DNA of 64,000 nucleotides. It comes from Mytilus trossulus (Eukaryota). The position numbers were made by a program, and so were the translations under genes. Shown in pieces: positions 1 to 13,712 of the stretch (positions are counted from its first letter, which is position 1; each line of letters begins with the position of its first letter). The stretch spans positions 97,030,001 through 97,094,000 of the forward strand of contig NC_086374.1 of NCBI RefSeq assembly GCF_036588685.1, given 5' to 3'. The notes below the pieces were generated by a model, which had not been told where the DNA came from, did no database searches, and saw nothing but the letters and a program-made list of their open reading frames with translations.

Positions 1-303
1 TTAAGGCTCCAAAAATTGCTATATTTAACATTTTCATAAAGTCCACCTATATACACTCATTTTCAAATCTACAGAGCTTTCCAGGTCAATCCACTGTTAT
101 GATTATAGATTTGTTCTTCTCCACAATATGAATGAAATATTTGCCACTGGAATTTAAGCAACTAACAACAATCAGAGTTATCAAAAGTAGTGGTCAAAAG
201 GCTTTGACCACCAAAATTTTGGTATTTTGCATATGAAATAATAGTGAGCACCAGCAGATTTCTTCCAAGGACCACCAGGAAAAGAAAAAATTGAGAACTT
301 AAT

Positions 304-306
<3 letters not shown>

Positions 307-340
<34 letters not shown>
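307..340. repeat. (CAAT)n microsatellite
   Basis: About 8 tandem CAAT units. Confidence 0.9.
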
Positions 341-341
<1 letters not shown>

Positions 342-3300
342 CAGTAACCGATTATTAATGACACCAAATACTACCAATTTGTTTACATTTGTTTTTATAT
401 ATTATTTTCTTCATATTTCTGAATGACTTGTGAAAATGAAATCTAATGAAATGGTATAAGGGACTACTGTATTAAACAAGTGTTCTGAAAAATCTAAATG
501 CTTCATGGACTATAAGTATTAACCTATTTGCCCTCAATTATCAGAGCATTGGGTAATAATAGATCATAAACAGGCACAAAATGAAGTAGCCAATAGTTTG
601 TTGATTGTTTGATGATTAACCAAAAGTTCTGAACTTTTTGGGCGATGTCTGATATTAGTAACGCTTGATTTTTTTTTATAGGAGATCCATTAAGTTTCTG
701 CACCATCCTATGACCTCCAATCGAGTGACGATGAGACTAACATACTATCTTGTTCTTTCAAGGTATTGAAGGAGTTACTTGGAATATTGCATTATATTGG
801 GCGAGTGCCTCCGTTATCCAATATCATTTTGCTATACTAATCAATGAAACTTTATAAGTAGGTACTGTCATATAAATTAGTCATCAGAACCAACAGAGTA
901 GGAATAAAAGACCAAAGTATATTGATATGCTAATGTCCTGCAGACTTAAGAAGTCTGAGAGCTTTCAAATAATCTTAATTATTTCTAGATGCAGGTGAAA
1001 TTTCTAGGAAATACAACTTCAAGTTCTTGAAATTATCTTTAAAATTTAAACTTTTAAACATAGCAACTTTGACAGAACAGATTATACTGCATACTTGTAA
1101 TGACTTAGTTTCATTAAAACATACATGTTACTCAGGGAAGAATCTTTGTAAATGAGGTAGTTAAACCTTTTATGAGGGGATTTTATAATTTCTCTTACAC
1201 TTTCACAGCCACCCTTAGAGAAAGAAGATTGCCTTCCAGTGATTCCATCATTCTAATTTTGTGTGTTTTTATGTATCAGACCTTATAGGAAAATATCACA
1301 ATGTGTACCATCCAGTGGCAAACATTACAAGCATGTTCATGTTCAAAGAAAATATGCACTACCATTCTTCAGATATTTTTTTCCAAGTTTTATGATTGAA
1401 AGAGCCACCTTGGCATAGGGCCAACATCAGACAATCAGAACAAGGAAGGAATATAGTAAAGAAAAACTTAAGTCGTATAGTAAGAAATACACTTTCATGT
1501 TTTTCTTCAACCTTGTATAACGAAGGACACCATATGATTCAGGATAATATATTTCTTGATTTTCATGTCTGCTAGCTGGGACTCTCATGTCATGTTATTC
1601 TAATGTCAATAGAATTGTAGACAAATTATTCCAAGACATTTACAACATACTGTGTAATTAATTAGATGGAACGTAATCAATAGTATTTCTTTATTTGGCA
1701 CAGATCCTTTAAAGATTTAACTGCATTACCTCAATATATATAAGCTAGTTGAAATTGATATATTAACTATTCACACTTTTTTTAACAGCATACTTTAATG
1801 CACAAGTATATTATAAAGATCTTGAGTGAAAGTTTTCTCTTGGCTGTTTGATTTATTGCGGTGATTTAACTTGTTTTTTTTTCACTCAATAATGGCTTAG
1901 TCCATTTTTGCTCCCAAGAGAGTAACAAGTTGCTTAACTGCTGATTTTTGGTGAAAGCAAAAAAAAAGTGGTCCACTTTAAACTGCAAGAAAAGATGGAA
2001 ATTTTGTCTTCTATTTCATATTTCTATTACTATTGCATTCACTATGCAGGAATTAAACTGCAAGATAAGATGGAAATTTTGTGGTCTCTTTAATGTATTT
2101 TTTTTTCTATTTCATTCAATATGCAGTAATTGAAGCATTTCTGGTAATATTTATTGCAAAAATAAATGCATTGTTAATTTTTTTTTTTAATTGACGATTA
2201 AAAAATGTTTCCAACATAGAAGTCTGCAATGAATGAAATATTCATTCCACTAGATTATAATTGTAAAATATCAATGAAGGCTACTGAATTTTCAGTTCAA
2301 AATATGCAAACACTCGACATGAACAATAAAGTAAATTGAATATCGAACAGAGTATAATTAAATTTTGTATGTATATGGTAGTTCTAAAAGCACACTTTGT
2401 AACTGAATATTTGCAATCAATACTACCTACCATTATTCATGAATACATCTAAAATTTAATATCCGAAAATCTGATACCGCTACTTAATATGCAAAATCAA
2501 CAAACACATATATGCACTATTTTAGTCCTTCAAATGTAGAGAAATATTGTCGAAAATCACTTCATATACATACAAACGGAAAATAAATTTGACAAATAAT
2601 AATTTCTAACAGGTAACATATATAAGTCCGCAATCAGGTGAAAAAAGTCTTGGCATTCGATCATATACACCGCACAGTATTAACAATCAGATATTGAAAC
2701 CTATACAAAAGACTCCAATAAAAACTTATCTGTCCCAATGAATGTGCCGGTATTTAAATCATAAACTTTAAGGTGTTGAACTTTATAACTATACTATAAC
2801 GGTACTTGCAAGTTATACCACGTATATGTAATGTTTATTATGGGAGGAATTTAATAGTCTCCACTCATGCACGAGTTATTGGCGATTATTATGGGTGCTC
2901 TAAACAAAACTACCACATATGACCTTGGACTTTTGTTTTACTACAAGAATCTTATGTTATTTTACATAAGCATGTAGATTTATGCATGATAATCAGTAAA
3001 TTCGTCTTAATTTGAAGAAATGTATTGACTTTTTTTTTTAATTTATTTAAAGTTTGAGCAGATAATAAGAGCTTGTTCCTAACCATTGACAGAATTTTTA
3101 ATACCTAGGAATTCAAAATAAATCTGAAAACTTTTGGTAAGATTAGTTTGGATCTAATAGGCTGCTGACAAAAAAAATTCAACAAAACATCCATAATTTG
3201 CTGACTTTGGAGCTTTAATGTACTTTTATGAAGATATATATGTTTTACAAAGCAGTATATGGCTTCTGAAGATCCATTTAAGAAACAAATTGTGACCTTT

Positions 3301-5739
3301 TTGATATGTTAAGAATAATATTAAGTTGAAATTCAAGGATATCTTTCATGAAATGTGAACATTATCCTTTGTAAATTGCTGAGGGTTGGACATAAACCCT
3401 TGATATCAGGAAAAACTAACTTGACCCCCTCTTTTTAGCAAATAACATGGTTTTTTTGGTTTTTTAACATATTTTTTATTACACAATGTAATTTGAGACT
3501 AAAACAAGAATGCCTATATCTTCTTGTATCTACTAATAAGTTATAATCTTAATTCCTGCCATTTTCAAAATCAGAAGTTTTTATATTTGCCTCTGAACAT
3601 CATATTTTGACTATTTCATTTATTATGTCTGTTTTGTTCACACATTGTTGTAAATATTATGAAACTTGATGAGACTGTCATAAAAGTGAGAGGATTAGAG
3701 CTATAAAACAAGGTTCAATCTACCATTTTCTACATTTGAAAATGGCTGTACCAAGTCAGGAATATAACAGTTGTTGTCCATACTTTTGATGTGTTTGTAT
3801 AAATTGTTATTTGCTTTTGCCATGTGATAACTTTCCAATTGAATTTTCCTCAGAGTTTAGTATTTTTGTGATTTAATTTTTTTGTTGATATGTATACAAT
3901 ATACGAGAAAGAAATGAATAGATTTACGTAAAAAAAACTATTCAATTGTCAAAAAAGACGACTATGTGTTAAATTTTCAAGAAAGAAGACAACTATGTAT
4001 TAAATTTTCAAGAGATGCAACTCTTAAAAAATTCTTATTCAACAACAATAGAGTCTTAGTACATGTACATGTAACCAAGCAATGTACACGCCCATTACCT
4101 GCAATCAACTGAAGTCAGTAGACATTTGTGGGAGGCATGATATACCAGTTATTACATGGTATGGTATGTGATAGTTTTTGATACTCCCCCCAACACCTGT
4201 TAAACATTCCGATACACAGTTTCCACCATTGTAATGGGATTATATAACAAATCGCTGTTTTAATTAAATGATTGCATAATAAATAACTGGTAACTCTGTC
4301 TCTCTGTGTGGGAATACTAATACTTTGAACAGCTTAGCTTCCTAGAAGTCTGAAGATTTTGATTTGAAATTACATCTAAAATTAACTTTATAATGATATT
4401 TAATTGAGAAATGTTAAACAAGTCAAGCTCATTAGGACATCTATTTTGTCACTGGTATCCCCGTCACCGATACAAAAGTGAACAAAACATATTATCTTTC
4501 ACAGATTTCAATTCCGATGTCAATCTCAGACATGCACTTTTGCAAATTACAAATTACAGTTTCTTTGAAGTGAGGAAATTACAAAAAAAAACAACATTAT
4601 ATTACATAAAGGCTTTAAAAAGGCAGTGATTAGAATGGATTTACACTTGACTCCATCAATACACCATTTTTTTTTGGATTTAAATAATGATACCATGTAT
4701 AAACCAGTCACAAACTATTTCATATTATTCTCTCGTTCTTACATTTATATACTGGAATATTTTAACTTTTTCTTCAGTTTGCACAAACAAAAAGTCAGCA
4801 CATTTTTTTATGTACAAATGGCCATATTAATTCTTTGCAATCAAACAAAATTCTGAGGTCTAATTTTCACTTGTTAAATACTTTATCTTTTGCAAACAGA
4901 ACTATGCTTATAGATATATGCCCATATCAGATAGCTATATTCACATATGTCAAATGTATCGTTGATTAAATTTTTACTTTTGTACAAACACGCATTAATG
5001 GAATGTTCACTTGATCAAATATTTAACACTCTGCATGTTTGGTTAAATTTTATTTAATTCCCTAGGTGCTACACGTACATGTATAATATTCAAAGTGACT
5101 TTTCTTTTCATCATTTTGATCTGCAATATGTCAGTCTTTTCTTAAAAAGTTTTTAGTACATGTACTCATCATAACATGAAGGTAAAAATAACATTGTTTT
5201 TAATCCAAATAAACATTAAAAAAAAAACATATAGCACTAAACTTTCCAATCATCTACAATTCTCAAAATGTTTATCTGGGTGCTTTTTGTGGAAACTTAT
5301 GACATGAACACAAGTTATTTATCTTTTGAAGACAATAGCCAACAGTCACACTACAATTTGCTAAGACACAAAAAAAAGTAATTTCCTAACAATTTTCTGT
5401 GAAACTGACTGTGAAAAGACTATGACCTAAATTTTGTCCACAGAGCAAAGACATGTACACTTGTCTTATAAAATACAGGGGAAGAATTAGACTTCTTGAA
5501 TTTAATTTGGCTTGGATTGATTTTCCAGTAAAAACAACCACCTCTTTCTGGTTTTAGGGAGGAACACCTTCTCTGCTCTTGAGATGTCTTTTTTACCACT
5601 CTGATTAGCCTTTGAATAAACAACTTACCTTTAATAGTAGCTAAGGGAGTACTGAGACACTACTACCTGAATTCCTGGTAAATTTCACCACCTGGAGTGA
5701 CCCTATTACAAAGGAGAACATTATCCTAACATGACTTAC

Positions 5740-5799
5740 CTCTTGGAGAAGCTTTCTCTTGTTGTCTCTTTATCTTTTCTTTGATTTTCGCCAAGCCAC
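5740..5799 (-). CDS. CEP350: CEP350-like coding exon 6, GGLAKIKEKIKRQQEKASPR
   Basis: tttttcttttctag acceptor, GAG|gtaagt donor; 60 nt, phase 1 to 1; coiled-coil-like. Confidence 0.85.
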
Positions 5800-7354
5800 C
5801 TAGAAAAGAAAAAGTCCAAAATTAGCACTACACAAGTACTGGTAGAGATAAATGTCAAAGAAAAATAGCAGCAGAGTTAACCAAACATAGCCATTTCCAT
5901 CACATGATCTTAAAGGTCAACACATGGTCTTAAATAAGGAACAAGACCATTATTTTCAACCTTTGGGTTAAATACATTCACACCTTGGTGTACTGTAAAT
6001 TGTTGATAATCAAAATATACTTGTAAATATAACTTGTAACATCTATTTATAAGGAGCCAGTGTAAGGATACCTAATGCCTATAGAAATAAGAAGATGTGG
6101 TATGAGTGCAAATGAGACAACACTCCATACAAGTCACAATTTGTAAAAGTAAACCATTATAGGTCAAAGTACAGTTTTCATCAAGGAGCCTTGGCTCACA
6201 CAGACACAGCAAGCCATAAAGAATCCCAAATATATACAATATACTTGTATATACATTTGAAACATGTATTTATAAGGAGCCAGTGTAACTTGATACCTAA
6301 TGACTTAAAATATGAAATAGAAATTTGTCCTTCAATTATAGTCTTCCAACTCTTTGACAGTTCTATTCTGATCCAGAAAAGTTCTGTTGTTCTAGTCTGA
6401 AGTGACTTCAATGAGGCACTCGTATATCAAGTTCTTTTGATGGAAATTATGCCTATGCATGGCAATAAATTAATGACATTGTCAAAATTAAACCTCCCTG
6501 GAAAAAAAATTCTATAATCTTATGCACTCCTAACTAGTGCAACCCTATTTTTAAGTCAACATGATTCATTTCTAAAAAAAAAAAAAATGAATTCCAAGTA
6601 AAATTTTATGCTTTAAAAAAAATCTATTACTCAAGGTAGTCTATACAATGTAAAGTAAACATATCTACGATTTTCCATCTATAATATTAAGTAATGTTGA
6701 GTAGGATCAACCCAGAACCAATTATATTATAATATATTACAGTAATTGCTGTCATCTATTCTAATGTCAATGTGACCTCAAATCAAATGTGAGGGATGTT
6801 TTTTTCATTTTTTTACGAGATTGTACCTATTTATTTAAACTTATAGGTATAAATTAAAAATTAAAAATAATCTCTTTTTCCATCTGTTTTAATAAAAAAA
6901 AGTTGGCAAATATTTATTCAATTTTATTTTTAACAAAACTGACCTGGAATAAATTCAAGGGTTTTAAAAACAAAATATCATCCAAATTCTTGATTTAATT
7001 TAGTGAGATATTTTTTACAATTATGTTTTTTCACTTACATTCATCTTTTATTGTCTTTCCTTACAATATATATATACTGTTTATTTTTTTTTAACATTTA
7101 TCCAGGACAAAGTAATTTTAAAGTTATCATATAGATATAAGAAGATGTGGTATGAGTGCCAAATTGAGACAACTCTCCATCCAAGTCCCAATTTATAAAA
7201 GTGAACCATTATAGGTCAATGTATGGCCTTCAAGACGGAGCCTTGGCTGACACACTGTGGCCCAAAAAGTGACTGGTGTAAAACTATTCAAACGAAAAAA
7301 GCCCCGTAAACAGTCTTAATCTCTATAAAAAAAACGACAAACAAGAAACACTTA

Positions 7355-7588
7355 GGCCAAATAAAAAAGCATGTGTGTTTCCTGTTTCCCTACCTACCCT
7401 ATATTTTAAGCTTAGAAATAGCCTACCCTAAAGATTTTTTTGTCATTTTTCAATAAGCACTGTTAAAGTCAGGATTTCTCTCCTATAGACTCAATGTAAA
7501 AAAAATGGTAAAATAAAAAAATCCCTACCTACCTACCCTATTTTTTTCAAAGATGAAACAGGAAACACACATATTATTTTATTTGGCC
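7355..7588. mobile_element. PIF/Harbinger-type MITE (234 bp) nested in an older repeat
   Basis: TIRs ggccaaataaaa..atgtgtgtttcctgtttc / gaaacaggaaacacacat..ttttatttggcc; TTA TSD at 7352-7354 and 7589-7591. Confidence 0.85.
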
Positions 7589-9729
7589 TTATGAACGACA
7601 TCAACAAACAACAACTACTGAACATCAGGTTCCTGACCCAGGACAGGTACCAACAATTACTTTTTTTTTCTTTATATAGTATGTGTTCAATTTGTATAAT
7701 TTAGACCTTGCTGCTTTGATTTTTTGGTGTTTTTATCTAAGGTGTTAGCTATTGTTTTCACTGCTCAGAGGCCTTTAAGCCTGCATTTATCTTTTATAAG
7801 CCTTTAAAACCATTAATATTAATTGCTAAACAATTTCCTGAATAAGAATCAACAACATTCGCTTGACAAATGCCAAAGAAAAAACCCAGTGATCATCTGA
7901 ATTCCTAGTAAATGTCAAACCATCATTTAGTCTGATCTATCGACCATCTAGCCTATATCTTATATCATGGTTCAAGAAGTACCATTATACTATCTAACTC
8001 CTCTGGAAGCCAGGGATTTTTCTAAATTTAAATTACCCATTTAAAAAGATGTGAAAATAATATTAATTTTTGAAACACCCACCATGCGACATAAGTAATA
8101 TCCCACCGATTTAACCATTCAGACTTACAAATCAACATTATAAATTAATGCTTTCAAACGCTGAAATGTTTCCATTTTCATTCACGTTTATTTGTTGTCA
8201 ACATATATATGCAAATGAGCCTCACTACCACCGTGGCAGAAATCGCTAGGAATTTAATTGAAATACAACTGTAAATTTTCGTTGACATCTTGACTTTGTT
8301 AGGATTCTATAAGAAAAAGTTGTAAATCTTTAAAATCTGTTTTAAACCTGCTGATTTTAGGTTTTAAAGCATGGAATTTATAGTTTTATATTCTAATTTA
8401 GAGAACATGTGTTTTCTTGTCTACAAAGTATCCAATTCAATTTTATGAATTTCAACAAGAAAAGCGTGACTTTTGAAGTCAAGGTCAAAAGTATACCATA
8501 AATTTAGGATGACAATAAATACAAAAATACTTTCAATGGAAAAGTAAAAAACATTTCCCTCTTGCTGCCAGAACTTTTAAAGTTCATAATTCAGTATCAG
8601 CAAACTGTTTCATAGTAAACTTTGCTACATTTTCAAAAGCAAATTTTTTTATTCAGACAATATTTCTCGTACCTAAGAAACTGCAAACCATCTTCCGGCC
8701 AACTTATGAAGTCCTTTTTAAAACAAATTTCTTTTTACTTTTTTGGAAATAAGTGAAAAACAGACATTATGACCAAAATAAGAGAAAAACAGACATTATG
8801 ACCAAAATAAGAGAAAAACAGACAAACAAACAGTCCACAAAATCTCACTACTCAGAAAACTAAAGATTAAAAACACAAAAACATTAGGTGACTTTAACAT
8901 AGGTTCTTTGAAGAGATAAGTAGCTCCTAGAGGAACCAGTTCAATGTGTTGATCATATCAAAGCAAAATCTGGTGAGAGGTCACATTTGGTGATGAAAAG
9001 AGGAGGGTGGAATTGCGGAGACGACAAGCAGAATATATTTGTGTCATCTATGATTCTAATATAAAGTTTAGGTTGTCTAGTTAAAATTGTTTGACATTTT
9101 TTTTTGAGAGGACATCATTTTCAGCTTAATTTTTTTTATGGTGGAACTCTGCTCATTATTGAAAGCAATACTGTGGCCAAGAGACTCCACATTTCTTATA
9201 TGTATATAGATAAAGAAGATGGGGTTTAAGTGACAATGAGACAACTCTCCATAGCATGGATTTGGTGGACAGTTGTGTCAATGGCATTCATATTACTAGT
9301 ACATTTAATTTAATTAAAAGAAAAGGGATAAGGTTTAACACAAAATCCCTAAATATACAGCAAGCTGATAAAACCCAAAGAAAAGGTCTAAATCTTCAAG
9401 GTTAAATTTGCCGATATTCATATATTTTCATACAGTAAAATAGCCATGAAGTCTGATATAAAATTATTGACTGTATATTTTTAAATAGTTATCTCAAATC
9501 AACACTCAACAAATATTAATCAATAATATCATAAAATATTACTTTGAAACAAAACTAATTAAATGCATCAATGAATATGGTATTTAAAACCGTGTAAATG
9601 ACAAAATATCAATTCTTATCTCTTTATACTTCCTATAGTAATTGGTTGGTCTTTATCTCATACTTGTGTTGTACATTCCCACACTTTACTTGTTTGCAAC
9701 TACTGCTTAGACATTTTAAGAACTCATGT

Positions 9730-9894
9730 CCATTGCAGATTCATAGGGAGGGGGTGGAATGGGGATCTGGGATTCCTTTTTGTCTGAAAAAATTGGTCGA
9801 TAATATTGGGATTTACAGCAGCCTAACTTCAGCCTGTTCACTCTTCGGAAATCAGTGGGCCCCCACTAATGAAAAATTCTGGATCTGCCACCGA
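9730..9894. mobile_element. Degenerate GC-rich MITE
   Basis: Imperfect inverted ends gcagattca ... tggatctgc around a G-rich/C-rich interior. Confidence 0.45.
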
Positions 9895-12800
9895 TGCTAT
9901 TTTCTAGTGTATATAATTGTTTTTTCCTATTTCTGTCTGTACAAATTGTCCGTTCTTTCCAATACTTTGCTAGAATGTAATTTTTGTCTTGCCATTCTGC
10001 CATTTACCTGAATTTTACTGTGGATTAAATTATTATTTACTGGATGACTGTTTTTGTACATTTCATGGTTGTAGAACCATGCATTTTAAAATGTTCAACA
10101 ATTAAAATTGAGAATGGAAATGGGGAATGTGTCAAAGAGACAACAACCCGACCATAGAGCAGAAAACAGCTGAAGGCCACCATTGCGTCAAAGTATGCAT
10201 TTTTATATTAAACAGACTATGTCATAAAATAAGAAGATGTGGTATGATTGCCAATGAGACAACACTTCACCAGAGACTAAATCATGTAGAAGTTAACAAC
10301 TTAAACATAATTTATACCAAATTCTGCTAGAAATTGATATACACCTCAAGGCTTTTTTAAAACATTTATGACTATCATATTACAAATTGACCCTATTTTA
10401 AATTTTACCACAAACAATACACAAGTACCACTGAATATGCAGATTATGTGTAAAAGCTTCTTGAGAATGTTCTATAAATTTCAAGTTGTTTCAATTACAT
10501 AAAATTACTCATTGTTATCATGCATGTAAATAAGCAGACATTTTCAGATATAATTTATATAGGAATTGCAATTTCACAAATGTAAAAACGTAAAATTAAG
10601 CATGCTGAAGTAGGCCAATGAATATGTGTGCTTAAGAAAATTAAACAATCTTCAAACTTAAATAATAAAAGATTTTCAGCTGAGGTTCAATTTGGGTACC
10701 AAATGAATATGGATCTGAAATTAACACTTAATTTTAAACTTTGCAAAAAAACAAGCTTTTAATAAAGAAATTGATTTATTATTCCTTTAAAGCACAATAC
10801 AATTACTGTATATGTGGAAAAAAACAGTATGACACTAAGAATAAGTCGATTCTAAAGAGAAAATTCAGAACTTTTGTTATTCAAAGCAGACCTTTATAGT
10901 CAGTAACATATTGGAAAGACAGATATTTTGATACGATGATGCAAAAACAGTAACAATTAAAAAGTGTACAAATACATATAGACTTACTTCTTACAATAAT
11001 TCTAATGAATTTTCTAGCTACCAGCACCAAAATAAGGGTTCATTTTGATCTCCAGTGTTTCAAATATAACTGCCGATTGAATTTTAATTGTGACGATTGA
11101 ATTTTAATTGTGACGTCATGCAAGTGTACCCCCTGTTTTATTGGAAGTAGAAAATGACTTTATTTACAAAGCAAAAGAAGAGTGTCATATTAGAATTGAT
11201 CTTTATCAATAGGATGAAGGACACTATTGTACTAAGACAGTCATAAGGTATGGGAAACCAGTCACCTGATGAGCACTGTTGTCATGATGTATGGGAACCA
11301 GTCATCTGAATGGATAGTTCTGAAGGTAACAGTGCTCATTACAATTGTAGTTGCAGAGATATTGATATTGTTGAATTTAATTCCTTAAACACACAAATAG
11401 AGAACAAAAGCAATTGCAAGCAGGATTACAAAAGACTGATCTGAACTTTCCTTCAGTTGCAATATATCATATCATAAAACTACCTTGACCAAAAGCTTTA
11501 ACCTAAAGTGGGACAGACGAACGACTGAAAAAATGGACAAACAAACAAAGAGAAGCACAGACCAGAAAACATAATGCCCATAAATGGTGCATATTAATAT
11601 TAAATGGGAAATAAAAGACATTTGAGAGAACAATGATTAACACAGTTTCAAGCTATAATTACATTCATATTCATTAATGTCCCTATTCTTTTATATTCTA
11701 TTTCCTTATTTAACTGACATTACTTATTCTAGCAGTGTGCCAATATTTTATTACCCTTGCATTTTTTTAAAGTTGGAAACTATTTATGGTAGTTAACCTA
11801 CATGTATACTGATATTTCCCTTTAATCCATCAACAACTTCCTACTCATAGCTACTACTACTAAGTCATCAACTACTTAAAGTAGCCACTATGGAGAACTT
11901 TGGCTCGGATATCTTGAACAAGTTTTGAATTATAATCCTGTCAGCGACAATTACAAAGAAGCCAACTTTTGGAGTAAATTATATTGTGATAGAATGCAGC
12001 AACAGTGAAGAACTGAAATACCACTTAACACATTTCTCGAGTTGTTCAAACAAAATTGTACTGTTAAGATACGATATATCTGTTGTAAGTGACATTTAAT
12101 TGACTGTTATATTATGTAGCAGTATTCAAATAATCCAAGTCAAAGTCACCAAGATGCTTGTTCATTGCTTGTTCATTGTAATAAATAAAAACGTTTGTTT
12201 ACAGATGTAAGAAGTAAAGTTTTTAAGCACAACATTAAACAGGTTTCAAAAGAAAACCTGAAGAAGAATTCTTCTACTCAAATCAATCTGGTTATTTTAG
12301 TTAAAAACAATTTTACTACATTTAGATAAAGACCTTTGATAGAAAGAAGAGTAGACATATAAACACTCCTGGAAGTTGTTCCACAAAAAAACAAGTTTGT
12401 TATTAGTGAGATTTTGATTTTTTGTGACGAATTATTCGTCAATATATAAAAAGTCCACAGTACATTTTTGGCATTTTTATAGCAAACAATATGGGTTTGG
12501 TCATTGCTGAACGACACACAGTAACATCTTATTGTGAAATTTCTTGTTATTTGGACAAGTGGATATAAGATGTCTTACTTGTGATCATACCACATCTCCT
12601 TATATATCTATATCTATTTAATTTTTAAGTCTAGACTTTGGGATACATAGAGCTTATATTTTTTTCATTTCAAAAACTGTGTTGGTGTCTTGATAGGGTG
12701 GTAAAACTTATGTTGTTGGCTTGTTGTAGTATCTCCTTTTATTCTAGAGCAGTGGTATTTGCTTATCAACAAACCATCTTAACATGGTAAATACAATTTG

Positions 12801-13180
12801 AAAAGTACAAATCTTTAAATCTTACGTAACTACACACCCATTGACTATCATTTACACAAATTGACCTTTTAAAACAAATTTGTTGGTATTTGAATTATAA
12901 GTTTGATCATGTTAAATAAATTGTTTTTGGGTGATACATAGTATTTGAATACTGTTATAAATATAATACTGTGTCTGTTTAGTATTGTAGTTAGGTGGAG
13001 CAAGTATTGTGAAGTACACAACACATCTTTTTCCCACTTTTATTACCCATAATAGTATATGTCAGTAGTGACACCAGTACTTATAATTTATGGATATTGA
13101 CTTTCAATTCAAATCTGCACATGCTGCACATCATAGGTGTGGATGTTTGCTTATTTCACTGGGGAAAAATCTCGGAGCAT

Positions 13181-13712
13181 ACTGCAGGTACCAGTATTCA
13201 AAACATTTAGCTGTACGTACTAGTACTTTAAACAATTAGCTGTCATTACCAGTGCTCTAAACACATAGCTCTAAATATCAGAACTCAAAGCATTAAGAAA
13301 CTTAGCTACAGGTACCAGAACTCAAAAAAACTTAGCTTTAGGTACCAGTACTCAAAACACTTAACTGTAGGTACCAGTAACCAAAAAACTTAGCTGTAGC
13401 ATAGATGGGTATTACATCTATGGCTGTAGGTAATAGCACCCAAAACACTTAGCTACAGGTACTAGTACCCAAACACTAAGCTGTATATACTAGTACCCAA
13501 AACACTTAGCTGTAGGTACCAGTACTCAAGACACTAAGCTATCAGTACCGTACCCAAAACACTTAGCTGTAGGTACCAGTACTCACAACACAAAGATGTC
13601 AGTACTGTACTCAAAACACTTAGCTGTAGGTACCAGTACCAAATACTTAGCTGTAGGTACCAGTACCAAAATACTTAGCTGATGTTACCAGTACTGGAAA
13701 TACTCAGCTAAA
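13181..13712. repeat. ~29-bp minisatellite (aaaacacttagctgtaggtaccagtactc)
   Basis: More than a dozen degenerate tandem units, one interrupted by atagatgggtattacatctat. Confidence 0.9.

Noticed and set aside
5629-5702. Extra exon ending at the gtaagt donor near 5628
   Set aside because: Would need an intron of only ~37 nt and has stops in all three frames.
9598-10011. 137-aa ORF and similar ORFs at 15915, 28628, 34313, 45215, 52240 and 60169
   Set aside because: Compositionally biased, often cross repeat boundaries, no recognisable domain or splice support.
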